From positions 38,122 to 102,121 of the forward strand of contig JBAXVX010000012.1 in assembly GCA_037128705.1 (NCBI GenBank): DNA of 64,000 bases, written 5' to 3'. Within the stretch, counting starts at the first letter, position 1; each line of letters starts with the position of its first letter. The translations under genes were made by a program, and so were the position numbers. The notes beneath the pieces were generated by a model, which was not told the origin of the DNA, ran no database searches, and saw only the letters and a program-made list of their open reading frames with translations. This document shows positions 39,635 through 48,631 of this stretch, one piece after another. The DNA comes from Bacteroidota bacterium (GTDB lineage Bacteria > Bacteroidota > Bacteroidia > Bacteroidales > FEN-979).

Positions 39635-40654
39635 TCAATAAACGGATTTTAAATTTTCCTGAAATAATGAAAGGAGTTCTTTGAATTTTAAAACAGTGTC
39701 TTCCAGTGTCGTGGTGCAATTTGCCCCTGCAGCATTTTTATGCCCCCCGCCACCGAAAAATTCCCGTGCCAGTTTATCGACAGAAAAGTTTCCTTTTGAA
39801 CGAAACGAAACCTTAACAATTCCATCTCGCTCCATAAATAAAGCAGCAAGATTAATATCTTTAATTGACAGGGCATAGTTAACAACCCCTTCGGTATCGC
39901 CTATCTGATGATTAAACCGATCCAGATCCTCCTTGGCAAGGGTAATATAGGCTGTATGGAATTCGGGAAGAACAACCAACTGATCACTGATCGAATAGCC
40001 CAGCAGCCTCAACCTGCTTTCGGAATAGGTATCATAGATAAGCCTGTGCAGATGCTCCCCATCAATCCCAAGTCGAAAAAGCTGTGCAATAATCAGGTAG
40101 GTATCCACATAGTTGCAGGCGTAACTCAGAGAGCCTGTGTCTGTAATGATTCCTGTATAAATGCAGGCAGCAATGTCCTTATCGAGTAAATGAACATCCC
40201 CATTCTTCTCGATAAAATTATATACCAGTTCAGAGGTGGAGGAAATTCGGGGTGTTGAGATTTTGTAATCAAATTCATCCGATGGGTTCAGGTGATGGTC
40301 AATCAGCAGTTTAACGGCTTTTGACTGCCGAACAAATAATCCGGCTTCGTTCAAACGGGCCAGGCTGTTGTAATCAGCAGAAATGATGATATCGGCACGG
40401 TCAATGGCCTGAATACAGGCATCCTGATTGGATGAATAAATTAATATTTCATTAATTCCGGGCATCCATGACAGGAATTCAGGATAAGGATCGGGTACCA
40501 TCAGTTGCACAACATGGTTCTTTTTTTTAAGGTAAAATGAAAGTGCAAGGCTTGATCCTATGGCATCCCCATCGGGATTGGTATGCGTGGTTATCAATAT
40601 CTGTGACGGAACCGAGAGCTTTTCAGATAAGACAGAAAAATCGATGTTTTCCAA
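39635..40654 (-). CDS. nrnA: DHH family phosphoesterase (NrnA oligoribonuclease/PAP phosphatase)
   Basis: HTNPDGDAIGS, IDHH, TDTG, SFRS, GGGGHKNAAG. Confidence 0.9.
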   Translation of the reverse strand: MENIDFSVLSEKLSVPSQILITTHTNPDGDAIGSSLALSFYLKKKNHVVQLMVPDPYPEFLSWMPGINEILIYSSNQDACIQAIDRADIIISADYNSLARLNEAGLFVRQSKAVKLLIDHHLNPSDEFDYKISTPRISSTSELVYNFIEKNGDVHLLDKDIAACIYTGIITDTGSLSYACNYVDTYLIIAQLFRLGIDGEHLHRLIYDTYSESRLRLLGYSISDQLVVLPEFHTAYITLAKEDLDRFNHQIGDTEGVVNYALSIKDINLAALFMERDGIVKVSFRSKGNFSVDKLAREFFGGGGHKNAAGANCTTTLEDTVLKFKELLSLFQENLKSVY

Positions 40655-40677
40655 ATAGCGTGCTGTTTAAGAGAATG

Positions 40678-40714
40678 CAAAATTAACGATATTTAAAATA
40701 TAATCGTAATTTTG
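40678..40714. promoter_or_regulatory. Divergent -7 promoter elements for nrnA and ndk
   Basis: CAAAATTA at 40678-40685 (minus) and TAATTTTG at 40707-40714 (plus). Confidence 0.6.
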
Positions 40715-40737
40715 TTGCTCAATAAAACTGAAGACGA

Positions 40738-41157
40738 ATGACAGGCAACATTACCTTTACAATGATAAAGCCATCAGCTTTTGAAGCAGGCTATACAGGA
40801 AAAATCCTGGCGATGATAGAAGAGGGCGGGTACAAGATTAAAGCCATGAAGAAGATTTGGTTAAGTAAGTCCCAGTCCGGTCATTTTTACGAGATGCATT
40901 TAGGAAAGCCCTTTTATGAAGAATTAACCACCTTTATGGCTTCAGGCCCCATTGTAGCGGCGATTCTTGAAAAAGATAATGCAGTGGAAGCGTTCAGAAA
41001 ATTTATTGGTGCTACAGATCCTGCCAGGGCAGAAAAAGGAACAATCCGTAATTTATACGGTAAGAGCCTTGGTGAAAACGCCATTCATGGGTCAGACAGT
41101 GATGAAAGTGCTGAACGTGAAGCATCTTTCTTTTTCTCATTTACTGAACGTTCCTGA
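40738..41157 (+). CDS. ndk: Nucleoside diphosphate kinase
   Basis: TFTMIKP, GATDP, GTIR, NAIHGSDS. Confidence 0.97.
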   Translation: MTGNITFTMIKPSAFEAGYTGKILAMIEEGGYKIKAMKKIWLSKSQSGHFYEMHLGKPFYEELTTFMASGPIVAAILEKDNAVEAFRKFIGATDPARAEKGTIRNLYGKSLGENAIHGSDSDESAEREASFFFSFTERS

Positions 41158-41562
41158 TTCGTATTTCTCAGGCTCATATTCCCTGAAAGTCCGATCGTCG
41201 TAGAATATGACTATTTTCTCGATACGTCCTTCTGATTTTTCCTTCCTCACCAATCGCGGCTGTTTAACCGCCGGTTTACTTTCTTTCAGCAAATGATCAT
41301 CAAACAGGGTCCCTGGTTCAGAGAGCAGATCGCCTGACTCTTTTTGTGTTTCAGGTTTTGAATCCTCTGTGCCGTTCAGCAACCAACCAGGACTGACATC
41401 AGGGAAACGTTTCAATAACTTAATCACGAATTCCAAACTAGGTTTGTTCCGTCCAGAGATTAAGTGTGACATCCCTGATCGTTGAATTCCTATCTCATCA
41501 GCAAACTGGGAAGGAGACAGTTTTTTTTCCTTCAGTAATTCCAAAATCCGATCAATCATCAT
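41137..41562 (-). CDS. XRE-family helix-turn-helix protein
   Basis: LSPSQFADEIGIQRSGMSHLISGRNKPSL HTH; conserved-looking C-terminal IEKIVIFYDDRTF. Confidence 0.9.
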   Translation of the reverse strand: MMIDRILELLKEKKLSPSQFADEIGIQRSGMSHLISGRNKPSLEFVIKLLKRFPDVSPGWLLNGTEDSKPETQKESGDLLSEPGTLFDDHLLKESKPAVKQPRLVRKEKSEGRIEKIVIFYDDRTFREYEPEKYESGTFSK

Positions 41563-41574
41563 TTCAGCTTTTCA

Positions 41575-41860
41575 CAAAATTAACAAAAACAGGTGAAACG
41601 TCTTGACCAATTGTAAAATTTATAATTATTGAATGTATTACTTTATATATAAGTATTATATAACTGGTTTTAAATATATTATATAATAAATATTAAGACA
41701 TTATTGTTTGTTTAACTTTGTAATTTACATTTGTATATTATTGATTTATATTGTTAGTATTATTAATATTGTTCATTGACAAGTCTGAATTATAACTATA
41801 TTTCAATTAGTTATAAATGATTAATCGTAGTTTACAATTGTAATTACAACTGTGAATCAC
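41575..41860. promoter_or_regulatory. AT-rich intergenic region with the XRE promoter and palindromic TTACAnnTGTAA boxes
   Basis: -7 element CAAAATTA at 41575-41582; TTACAATTGTAA at 41832-41843, TTACAACTGTGA at 41844-41855, TTACATTTGTAT at 41725-41736; weaker copies at 41712 and 41605. Confidence 0.6.
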
Positions 41861-41870
41861 TCACCGCATC

Positions 41871-43568
41871 TCAATTGTCTATTTTGATCACTTTTGTAAT
41901 TATATTTAAACTATTACCTGTAATATTTAAAAGATAGACCCCATTTCTCAGCCAGGAAAGATCAGATAAATTAACCTCATTCTGCCCTACCCTGACTCCA
42001 TGTGTCTGAGATAATCGGATCGACCCTGCTTTGAGGTCATAGAAAGTGAATAGAACCTGTTGTTCCTTGTTAGAAAAAACAGATAAGGTTAAATCTGTGG
42101 TGAAAGGGTTTGGAGAAATTACACATTCTCCTCTCTCCTGAGATTTCTCGATGGCCAGTATTTTCAGCGCTTTAGCGAAGTCAGGAATACCATATCCCAA
42201 CAATGAATCAGGATTTAATATCTTATTGCAACTCAATTCTATAGAACGTCCAATTAAATAATTACTCCAATCTGGTGCTGCCTGCCATAAACATGCTGCC
42301 ATCCCGGCTATCAGGGGTGAAGAAAAGGAGGTTCCGCTGGCATGCATGATGGTCCCGATGGAGGATGATACGACTGTTCTGGATCCCATGGCTGCAAAAT
42401 TGGGCTTGATACGGTGTGTGGCTTCTCCCACCGAGCTAAAAGGCGCACGTACTCCATTGGAATCCACCGCTGCCACGGCCAGAACGTAGTACCCATCTGA
42501 CGGGGCACCAACACACTTCCAGGAGGTTCCTCCTGAGTTACCGGCACTGTTTACGACAATCATGCCCTTTTCAAACGCCATGTTCGCCCCTTTTGTCACA
42601 GGGGTCGTATTCCCGTTCATATCAGCGCATGTGTGGTTTTTCGTGGTATCATCAAACTTCGTATACCCCAATGAAGAATTGATGATATCAGCCCCGGCGC
42701 TGTCAGCCAACTCAGCTCCTGAAACCCAGTTGTATTCTTCAATAAGGTTCTCAGTATTAACATCTTCGGTTCGCAGTAACCAGAAATGGGCTTTGGGGGC
42801 CGTACCTATCAGTTGTCCGGGGATGTTCCCTCCAATACATGACAGGACCTCCATCCCATGAGAATTCCCGGTATAAACACTCGCTCCGGGAGTTACAAAG
42901 TCTTTGGTCCCAATTATTTGATTATTAGCCCATAAGCTGTCAAAAGCGACGAGTTTGTCTGCTCCGTTAAACCCTCCGTCAAGGATGGCGATGACCATCC
43001 CCTGCCCCCTGTACCCCATTTTGTGCATACTGTCGCCATTCAACATTTGAATCTGTCTTAAGGAGGGCCCATAATCATACCCGGTGTTACCCTTGTAACA
43101 TTTGTTTACTGATGAATATGGGATGAAATTATATTCAAGTAATGATTCTTCTAACATGAACTTATAATCTGAATTACAATAAGATATATTTAATGTTTTT
43201 GGATTTTTAATTATCCTTTTTACAAATGGAAGTCTGTTGATTGAGTCAATGAATGAAGGATTCAGACAGTAAATGGTAATGCCATTCAACCATTTTGACC
43301 TCGTCAGAATGTCATTGGTGAATGGTCTTACCCTGTTCACATAGGATGAATTTACCGGCAGATCATTTTGTTCAACAGCTATCCCCTGTTTTCTTCTGCG
43401 TTCAATTGACCTGGGGGAAAGAAATTCCTGGGGACGATCGACGGAGAATGGAGAATCCGCCTTGTCGGTAAATTCGACAAAGTATTTCTGGGGTGCAACC
43501 TGGCCTTTGGATTGCTGAGGGACCCAGACTGAAAGTGCAAAAACAAGAATAATCGCTAAATTTTTCAT
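41871..43568 (-). CDS. S8 family serine peptidase with T9SS type A CTD
   Basis: IAILDGG (Asp), HGMEV (His), NSAGN, GTSFSSP (Ser); CTD ISPNPF...GVYLL...KVIK. Confidence 0.93.
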   Translation of the reverse strand: MKNLAIILVFALSVWVPQQSKGQVAPQKYFVEFTDKADSPFSVDRPQEFLSPRSIERRRKQGIAVEQNDLPVNSSYVNRVRPFTNDILTRSKWLNGITIYCLNPSFIDSINRLPFVKRIIKNPKTLNISYCNSDYKFMLEESLLEYNFIPYSSVNKCYKGNTGYDYGPSLRQIQMLNGDSMHKMGYRGQGMVIAILDGGFNGADKLVAFDSLWANNQIIGTKDFVTPGASVYTGNSHGMEVLSCIGGNIPGQLIGTAPKAHFWLLRTEDVNTENLIEEYNWVSGAELADSAGADIINSSLGYTKFDDTTKNHTCADMNGNTTPVTKGANMAFEKGMIVVNSAGNSGGTSWKCVGAPSDGYYVLAVAAVDSNGVRAPFSSVGEATHRIKPNFAAMGSRTVVSSSIGTIMHASGTSFSSPLIAGMAACLWQAAPDWSNYLIGRSIELSCNKILNPDSLLGYGIPDFAKALKILAIEKSQERGECVISPNPFTTDLTLSVFSNKEQQVLFTFYDLKAGSIRLSQTHGVRVGQNEVNLSDLSWLRNGVYLLNITGNSLNIITKVIKIDN

Positions 43569-43577
43569 TTTTAACAG

Positions 43578-43603
43578 TAAATTTGTCTAAAATTACAAAT
43601 TTA
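43578..43603. promoter_or_regulatory. Face-to-face -7 elements forming a 9-bp inverted repeat
   Basis: TAAATTTGT-8 nt-ACAAATTTA between the divergent S8 and DUF4301 start codons. Confidence 0.55.
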
Positions 43604-43609
43604 GATTCT

Positions 43610-45169
43610 ATGTTTAACGCCACCGATTCTGAACAATTTCAGAATAAGGGAATTCAACTTTCCACCATCCGCCGGCAAATCGACCATTTTATTGAAGGAT
43701 TTCCGTTCATACGCCTGATCCGCCCGGCTATACCGGGAGATGGGATGATTGTATTCAATGACCAGGAACAAGCCTTTTATATCTCACATTTTGACCATGC
43801 TGCTCCTAAGATCAATGTCATCAAATTTGTTCCTGCCTCAGGAGCAGCCAGCCGGATGTTCAAACATATTTTTGAATTCAGGGACAAATATTCTTCCGGT
43901 GTTGAGGGAGATACTCAGCTGAACAGCGAGACAGACTTTAATTCCGTACATTATTTGCTTTCTCATTTGAATCAGATGGCCTTTTACCTGGATCTCTCTG
44001 ATCAAATTGCCAGATCAGGGACATCAGTTGAGCAAATCCTTGAAAATAAAGACTATGCGACGCTTTTCGATTTTCTTTTAACTGATCGCGGACTGGATTA
44101 TGCCAATCTGCCAAAAGCTTTACTGAAATTTCATTTGTATGCCGATGGTGCGAGAACTGCTGCAGAGGAGCATATGGTTGAAGCAGGCAGATACACAACA
44201 GATCAGTTCCATAAAGCCAGAATTCATTTTACAATCTCTCCGGAACATAAGGAAAAATTCCTGAGAATGATATCAGTGGTCAGGAGCAAATATGAGGACT
44301 GGCTTAAGGTTCATTTTGAAATCACATTCTCAATTCAAAAACCTTCGACCGATACCATTGCTGTTGATGAGAACAATCGACCCTTTCGAAACCCTGATGG
44401 TTCCCTCCTTTTCCGCCCGGGCGGGCATGGTGCCTTATTGGAAAATCTCAATGAACTGGATGCAGATTTGATTTTTATCAAAAATATTGACAACATTGTT
44501 CCGGACAGGTTAAAAGAGACAACCATTCAGTATAAAAAGCTCCTGGGAGGATACCTGCTGTACATGAAGGAGACCATTGCCGGCTACCTTTTCAGAATCA
44601 GGCAGAAACAGGTTACTTTTACAGAATTGGAAGATATGGCCTCTTTTGCCAGGAAAAAGCTTTTACTGGATATTCCCGGTCATTTTAATACGATGAAGGT
44701 TGAGGATCAGGTGAATTTCCTGTTTGCACAGATGAACAGGCCTATCCGTGTTTGCGGGATGGTGAAAAATGAAGGGGAACCGGGCGGCGGACCATTCTGG
44801 GTCATGGGAGATGACAACAGGCAATCCTTGCAGATTGTGGAAGCCTCTCAGATTAACATGCATAATCCCGAACAAAAAGCCATTGTCGGGGCATCCACAC
44901 ACTTTAATCCTGTCGATCTTGTTTGTACTACCAAAGATTTTGAAGGGAACCTGTTTGATTTAACTGAATTTGTTGATGAAAGCACAGGATTCATCTCATT
45001 GAAATCAAGCGGAGGTAAAATACTGAAAGCCCAGGAATTACCAGGGCTTTGGAATGGTGCAATGGCAAAATGGATCACCATTTTCGTCGAAGTTCCCATC
45101 ATTACTTTTAATCCCGTGAAAACAATCAACGATCTTTTGCGTAAAGAGCATCTTCCAGGCCAGCCATGA
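43610..45169 (+). CDS. DUF4301 family protein
   Basis: KFVPASGAASRMFK, FRPGGHGAL, KNIDN, RVCGMVKNEGEPGGGPF, THFNPVDLVC, ELPGLWNG, TFNPVK. Confidence 0.88.
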   Translation: MFNATDSEQFQNKGIQLSTIRRQIDHFIEGFPFIRLIRPAIPGDGMIVFNDQEQAFYISHFDHAAPKINVIKFVPASGAASRMFKHIFEFRDKYSSGVEGDTQLNSETDFNSVHYLLSHLNQMAFYLDLSDQIARSGTSVEQILENKDYATLFDFLLTDRGLDYANLPKALLKFHLYADGARTAAEEHMVEAGRYTTDQFHKARIHFTISPEHKEKFLRMISVVRSKYEDWLKVHFEITFSIQKPSTDTIAVDENNRPFRNPDGSLLFRPGGHGALLENLNELDADLIFIKNIDNIVPDRLKETTIQYKKLLGGYLLYMKETIAGYLFRIRQKQVTFTELEDMASFARKKLLLDIPGHFNTMKVEDQVNFLFAQMNRPIRVCGMVKNEGEPGGGPFWVMGDDNRQSLQIVEASQINMHNPEQKAIVGASTHFNPVDLVCTTKDFEGNLFDLTEFVDESTGFISLKSSGGKILKAQELPGLWNGAMAKWITIFVEVPIITFNPVKTINDLLRKEHLPGQP

Positions 45170-45861
45170 AAAACCAACCAATAAAAAATTATTTCCTTAT
45201 CAATTATAAGGTCCGGTGGGGATTATCTGTCTATGGATGGATATTTCTGGCTTTAATGATCCTGGCTCCGCTCTACTACGGATTCAGAAACTTTTACTCG
45301 GTCCTTGCTCCTGTTCAGCGTGAAAAAACTGACATACTGGTACTTGAAGGTTTTGTCAGCGATTATGTATTGTATGAGGCCATCAAGGAGTTCAAAAACA
45401 ATCATTACAAGCTCCTGATCACCACAGGGACGCCGCTTGAATATGGTGGATTTCTTGCCCCTTACAGGAACACTGCCAGGATTGCCGGCATGTCATTGCT
45501 CAAGCTTGGTTTTGATTCCACAAAACTCGTTATCATTGGGACTGATGAAATCAGAAATGACCGCACGTATAATTCTGCGGTTGTACTAAAGAATTGGATC
45601 AGGAGCCACCGGCCCGACATCAAGGCCATCAACCTGATGACCATGAGCGTACACAGTGGGCGCAGCAGGCTGCTTTTCGAGGCAGCACTGGGGGATTCAA
45701 TCAAGGTTGGCATCATTTCCACCACGAACTTTTACTACGGCGCAAATTCATGGTGGAGGTCAAGCAAAGGTTTCAGGGAGACTATGAATGAGGCTATTGG
45801 CTACTTTTATGTACGCTACTTCTTTCGTCCTTACGAGTCGGAACTATTGAAAAAACACTGA
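45166..45861 (+). CDS. YdcF/ElyC/SanA (DUF218)-like membrane-anchored protein
   Basis: N-terminal TM, LVLEG, RTYNSA, HSGRSRLLF, WWRSSKGFR. Confidence 0.75.
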   Translation: MKNQPIKNYFLINYKVRWGLSVYGWIFLALMILAPLYYGFRNFYSVLAPVQREKTDILVLEGFVSDYVLYEAIKEFKNNHYKLLITTGTPLEYGGFLAPYRNTARIAGMSLLKLGFDSTKLVIIGTDEIRNDRTYNSAVVLKNWIRSHRPDIKAINLMTMSVHSGRSRLLFEAALGDSIKVGIISTTNFYYGANSWWRSSKGFRETMNEAIGYFYVRYFFRPYESELLKKH

Positions 45862-45896
45862 TACGCAATTGGAAACGCATATTTAACACCATCTCT

Positions 45897-47315
45897 ATGA
45901 ATATCAGGATTGCCCTGTTTTTTTTGGGTTGGATTTATTTTGTATCGTCCTCTTACGGACAGCAGGATTATGTGATCAAGTTTAAGATAAAGGGTTGCAA
46001 AGACACCACCTGCCTGATTGGCAATTATTACAGCAACGGCACCTATGTAAAGGACACCCTGAAGGTTGACGCACAAGGCCGATGTACATTCAAAGCACCG
46101 GCCAACCTACCCCGTGGCCTGTATCTGTTTATTATTACGGAAAAAAACTATTTTGATTTTGTCATTAACAACGACCACAAATTCAGTATTGAAACCGACC
46201 GGAGCGATCCGATCCAAAAGATGGTCATTAAAGATTCTCCTGACAATGATCTGTTTTACCAGTACCTGCGCTTTAACGGTGAAAAATACGGTAAAATACA
46301 GGGTTGGCAGGAAAAAATGAAAAAAGCCGGGGACAATAGGGACTCAACCGATTATTATTCAAAAAAAATAGAGGAGATCAACAGGGAGATGATCAAATAT
46401 AAGCTTGACCTTGCCAAAACTAAACCATCCTCCTTCACTGCCCTGCTGATCAATACCATGAAGGAACCCGATGTTCCCGAGGCGCCTGTTCTTTCAAACG
46501 GCCGTAAGGATTCCACCTTCGCCTATACATATTATAAAGCCCATTACTGGGATGATGTCGATTTTACTGATGACCGGTTAATCAGGACGCCCGTATTCTA
46601 TAATAAATTAAAAAAGTACTTCGATAATGTTCTGATTCAGATTCCCGACAGCGTGATACGGGAAGTTGATGCCATGGCTGAAAAATGCCGGCCAAATCCT
46701 GAAATGTTCAAATATATCATCTGGTTTACGACATACCATTATGAGACCTCTGAAATCATGGGATTTGATAAAATATTTGTCCACATCGTCGACAAATACT
46801 ACGTAACAGGCCAGGCAACCTGGGTGGATAAAACCGTGAATGAGAACATCATTAAGCGGGCCAACAAAATTCGCCCTTTGCTGATCGGGTGTAAAGCGCC
46901 CAATATGATCATGCTGGATACGAATCTCCAACTGGTTTCAATGCACGGCATAAAAGCCAATTATCTGATGCTGCTTTTCTGGGATCCCGATTGCGGGCAC
47001 TGTGAACAGGAGATGCCGAAAATCAAGGAGTTCTATGATAAAAACAAAGAGAATCCCGGTTTAGAGATTTTTGCCATATGTTCTGATACTTCGATGGTTA
47101 AAATGAAAAACAGCATTAAAAAGAAAAAGATGAACTGGATCAATGTGAACGGGCCCCGAACATTGACCGGTGATTACCATGAACAATATGATATCATATC
47201 AACTCCCGTTATCTACCTGCTGAATGAGCAGAAGGAGATCATTGCCAAGCGTATTCCTTCTGATAAGGTTGGTCTGTTCCTGGAGAATTACATCAAGCAC
47301 CCCGCCAAACCATAA
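45897..47315 (+). CDS. Secreted redoxin (TlpA-like) protein with a DUF5106-like domain
   Basis: Signal peptide; HYWDDVDF..DRLIRTP; C-terminal thioredoxin fold FWDPDCGHC. Confidence 0.85.
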   Translation: MNIRIALFFLGWIYFVSSSYGQQDYVIKFKIKGCKDTTCLIGNYYSNGTYVKDTLKVDAQGRCTFKAPANLPRGLYLFIITEKNYFDFVINNDHKFSIETDRSDPIQKMVIKDSPDNDLFYQYLRFNGEKYGKIQGWQEKMKKAGDNRDSTDYYSKKIEEINREMIKYKLDLAKTKPSSFTALLINTMKEPDVPEAPVLSNGRKDSTFAYTYYKAHYWDDVDFTDDRLIRTPVFYNKLKKYFDNVLIQIPDSVIREVDAMAEKCRPNPEMFKYIIWFTTYHYETSEIMGFDKIFVHIVDKYYVTGQATWVDKTVNENIIKRANKIRPLLIGCKAPNMIMLDTNLQLVSMHGIKANYLMLLFWDPDCGHCEQEMPKIKEFYDKNKENPGLEIFAICSDTSMVKMKNSIKKKKMNWINVNGPRTLTGDYHEQYDIISTPVIYLLNEQKEIIAKRIPSDKVGLFLENYIKHPAKP

Positions 47316-47352
47316 AAAAAATAGCCGCCCTTAAAAAGAACGGCTACATTTT
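47314..47352 (-). terminator. Intrinsic terminator of the thrS-infC-rpmI-rplT operon (probably bidirectional)
   Basis: Minus strand reads TAGCCGTTC-loop-GGGCGGCTA-TTTTTTT. Confidence 0.75.
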
Positions 47353-47369
47353 ATTGTTAAGTCCTGAAT

Positions 47370-47717
47370 TTAGCTGTTGAGTTCGTCAACAACGGCTTTA
47401 AAGGCTTCCGGATGGTTCATGGCTAAATCGGCGAGGGTTTTCCTGTTGAGCGTTATATTCTTCTCAGCAAGTTTTCCAATAAATACGGAATAGGACATTC
47501 CATACTGGCGAACGCCGGCATTGATACGGGTGATCCAAAGTCCACGGAAATTCCGTTTCTTGGTGCGACGATCGCGGTAGGCATAGCCTAACCCTTTTTC
47601 AACTGAATTTTTCGCAACGGTAAGGACATTCTTTCTTCTTCCGAACTGTCCTTTCGCCCGTTTCAGGATTTTTTTCCTTCTCTCTCGCGAGGCGACTGCA
47701 TTAACTGATCTTGGCAT
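47370..47717 (-). CDS. rplT: 50S ribosomal protein L20
   Basis: [11 protein letters not shown]...YAYRDRR...LWITRINA...[10 protein letters not shown]. Confidence 0.99.
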   Translation of the reverse strand: MPRSVNAVASRERRKKILKRAKGQFGRRKNVLTVAKNSVEKGLGYAYRDRRTKKRNFRGLWITRINAGVRQYGMSYSVFIGKLAEKNITLNRKTLADLAMNHPEAFKAVVDELNS

Positions 47718-47792
47718 AGTTTCTGATTTTTTTGCGTTAGCGCCCCATTAACGGGATCTTTTGAAGCTAATCACAAGTTAGACAATGAATAA

Positions 47793-47987
47793 TTAACCCT
47801 GGAGCATCTCCCTTACATTGGCTTCATCCGACTTATGAACCGTCGTGGAATACGTAAGATTACGTTTACGCTTGATGGTTTTTTTGGTCAGGATGTGGCT
47901 TTTGTAAGCATGCTTCCTTTTGATTTTACCGGTGCCCGTAAGAGCGAATCGTTTTTTAGCGCCGGATTTGGTCTTCATTTTTGGCAT
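47793..47987 (-). CDS. rpmI: 50S ribosomal protein L35
   Basis: [14 protein letters not shown]...HILTKK. Confidence 0.99.
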   Translation of the reverse strand: MPKMKTKSGAKKRFALTGTGKIKRKHAYKSHILTKKTIKRKRNLTYSTTVHKSDEANVREMLQG

Positions 47988-47999
47988 GTTACCTTTTTG

Positions 48000-48031
48000 T
48001 TGAATTATTGAATTATTGAATTATTGAATTG
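48000..48031. repeat. 8-bp tandem repeat (TTGAATTA)x4, last copy imperfect
   Basis: Direct reading of the infC-rpmI spacer. Confidence 0.85.
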
Positions 48032-48036
48032 TAATC

Positions 48037-48591
48037 TTATTTTTTGGGTGTGATGATCATGATCATGCGTTTGCCTTCGAGCCTGGGCATCTGTTCGATC
48101 TTCCCGATTTCCACCAAAGCCTGCGCAAATTTCAACAGGATCAGCTCTCCTTGTTCTTTATAAATGATTGAACGTCCTTTGAAGAATACATCAACTTTCA
48201 CCTTTGCGCCATCCTTTAAAAATTTGATCGAATGGTTCAGTTTGAAATTGAAGTCATGTTCGTCGGTATTCGGTCCAAGTCTAATTTCCTTAACAACAAT
48301 TTTTGCTGTTTTGGCCTTCATTTCTTTCTGCTTTTTCTTAAGCTCGTAAAGAAACTTTTTATAGTCGATCACCTTGCAAACAGGAGGATTGGCAGTAGGT
48401 GAAATTTCAACCAGGTCAAGGCCTTTGGCTTCAGCAATATTCAAAGCTTCACGAATATTATAGATGCCAGGTTCAATGTTTTCTCCAACCACGCGTACAA
48501 CTGGAGCTTTAATCCATTGGTTGATGTTATATGGTTCTTCTTTTTTCCCCGGTTTCGGATATCGTCTCGGGCCGCTGAATTGTGTTACTAT
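48037..48591 (-). CDS. infC: Translation initiation factor IF-3, non-canonical ATA start
   Basis: [23 protein letters not shown]. The frame extends upstream of the GTG at 48492 through [12 protein letters not shown] to an in-frame stop with no ATG/GTG/TTG. ATA at 48591 lies 7 nt after GGAGG. Confidence 0.93.
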   Translation of the reverse strand: MVTQFSGPRRYPKPGKKEEPYNINQWIKAPVVRVVGENIEPGIYNIREALNIAEAKGLDLVEISPTANPPVCKVIDYKKFLYELKKKQKEMKAKTAKIVVKEIRLGPNTDEHDFNFKLNHSIKFLKDGAKVKVDVFFKGRSIIYKEQGELILLKFAQALVEIGKIEQMPRLEGKRMIMIITPKK

Positions 48592-48631
48592 TGTGATTCC
48601 TCCAATGATTAGTGAATACTCATTTTATTTA

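Noticed and set aside
41660-41705. Loose resemblance to a dif site (ATAAT...ATTA core)
   Set aside because: The XerD arm TTATGTTAAAT is not present; such matches are expected by chance in near-pure A/T sequence.
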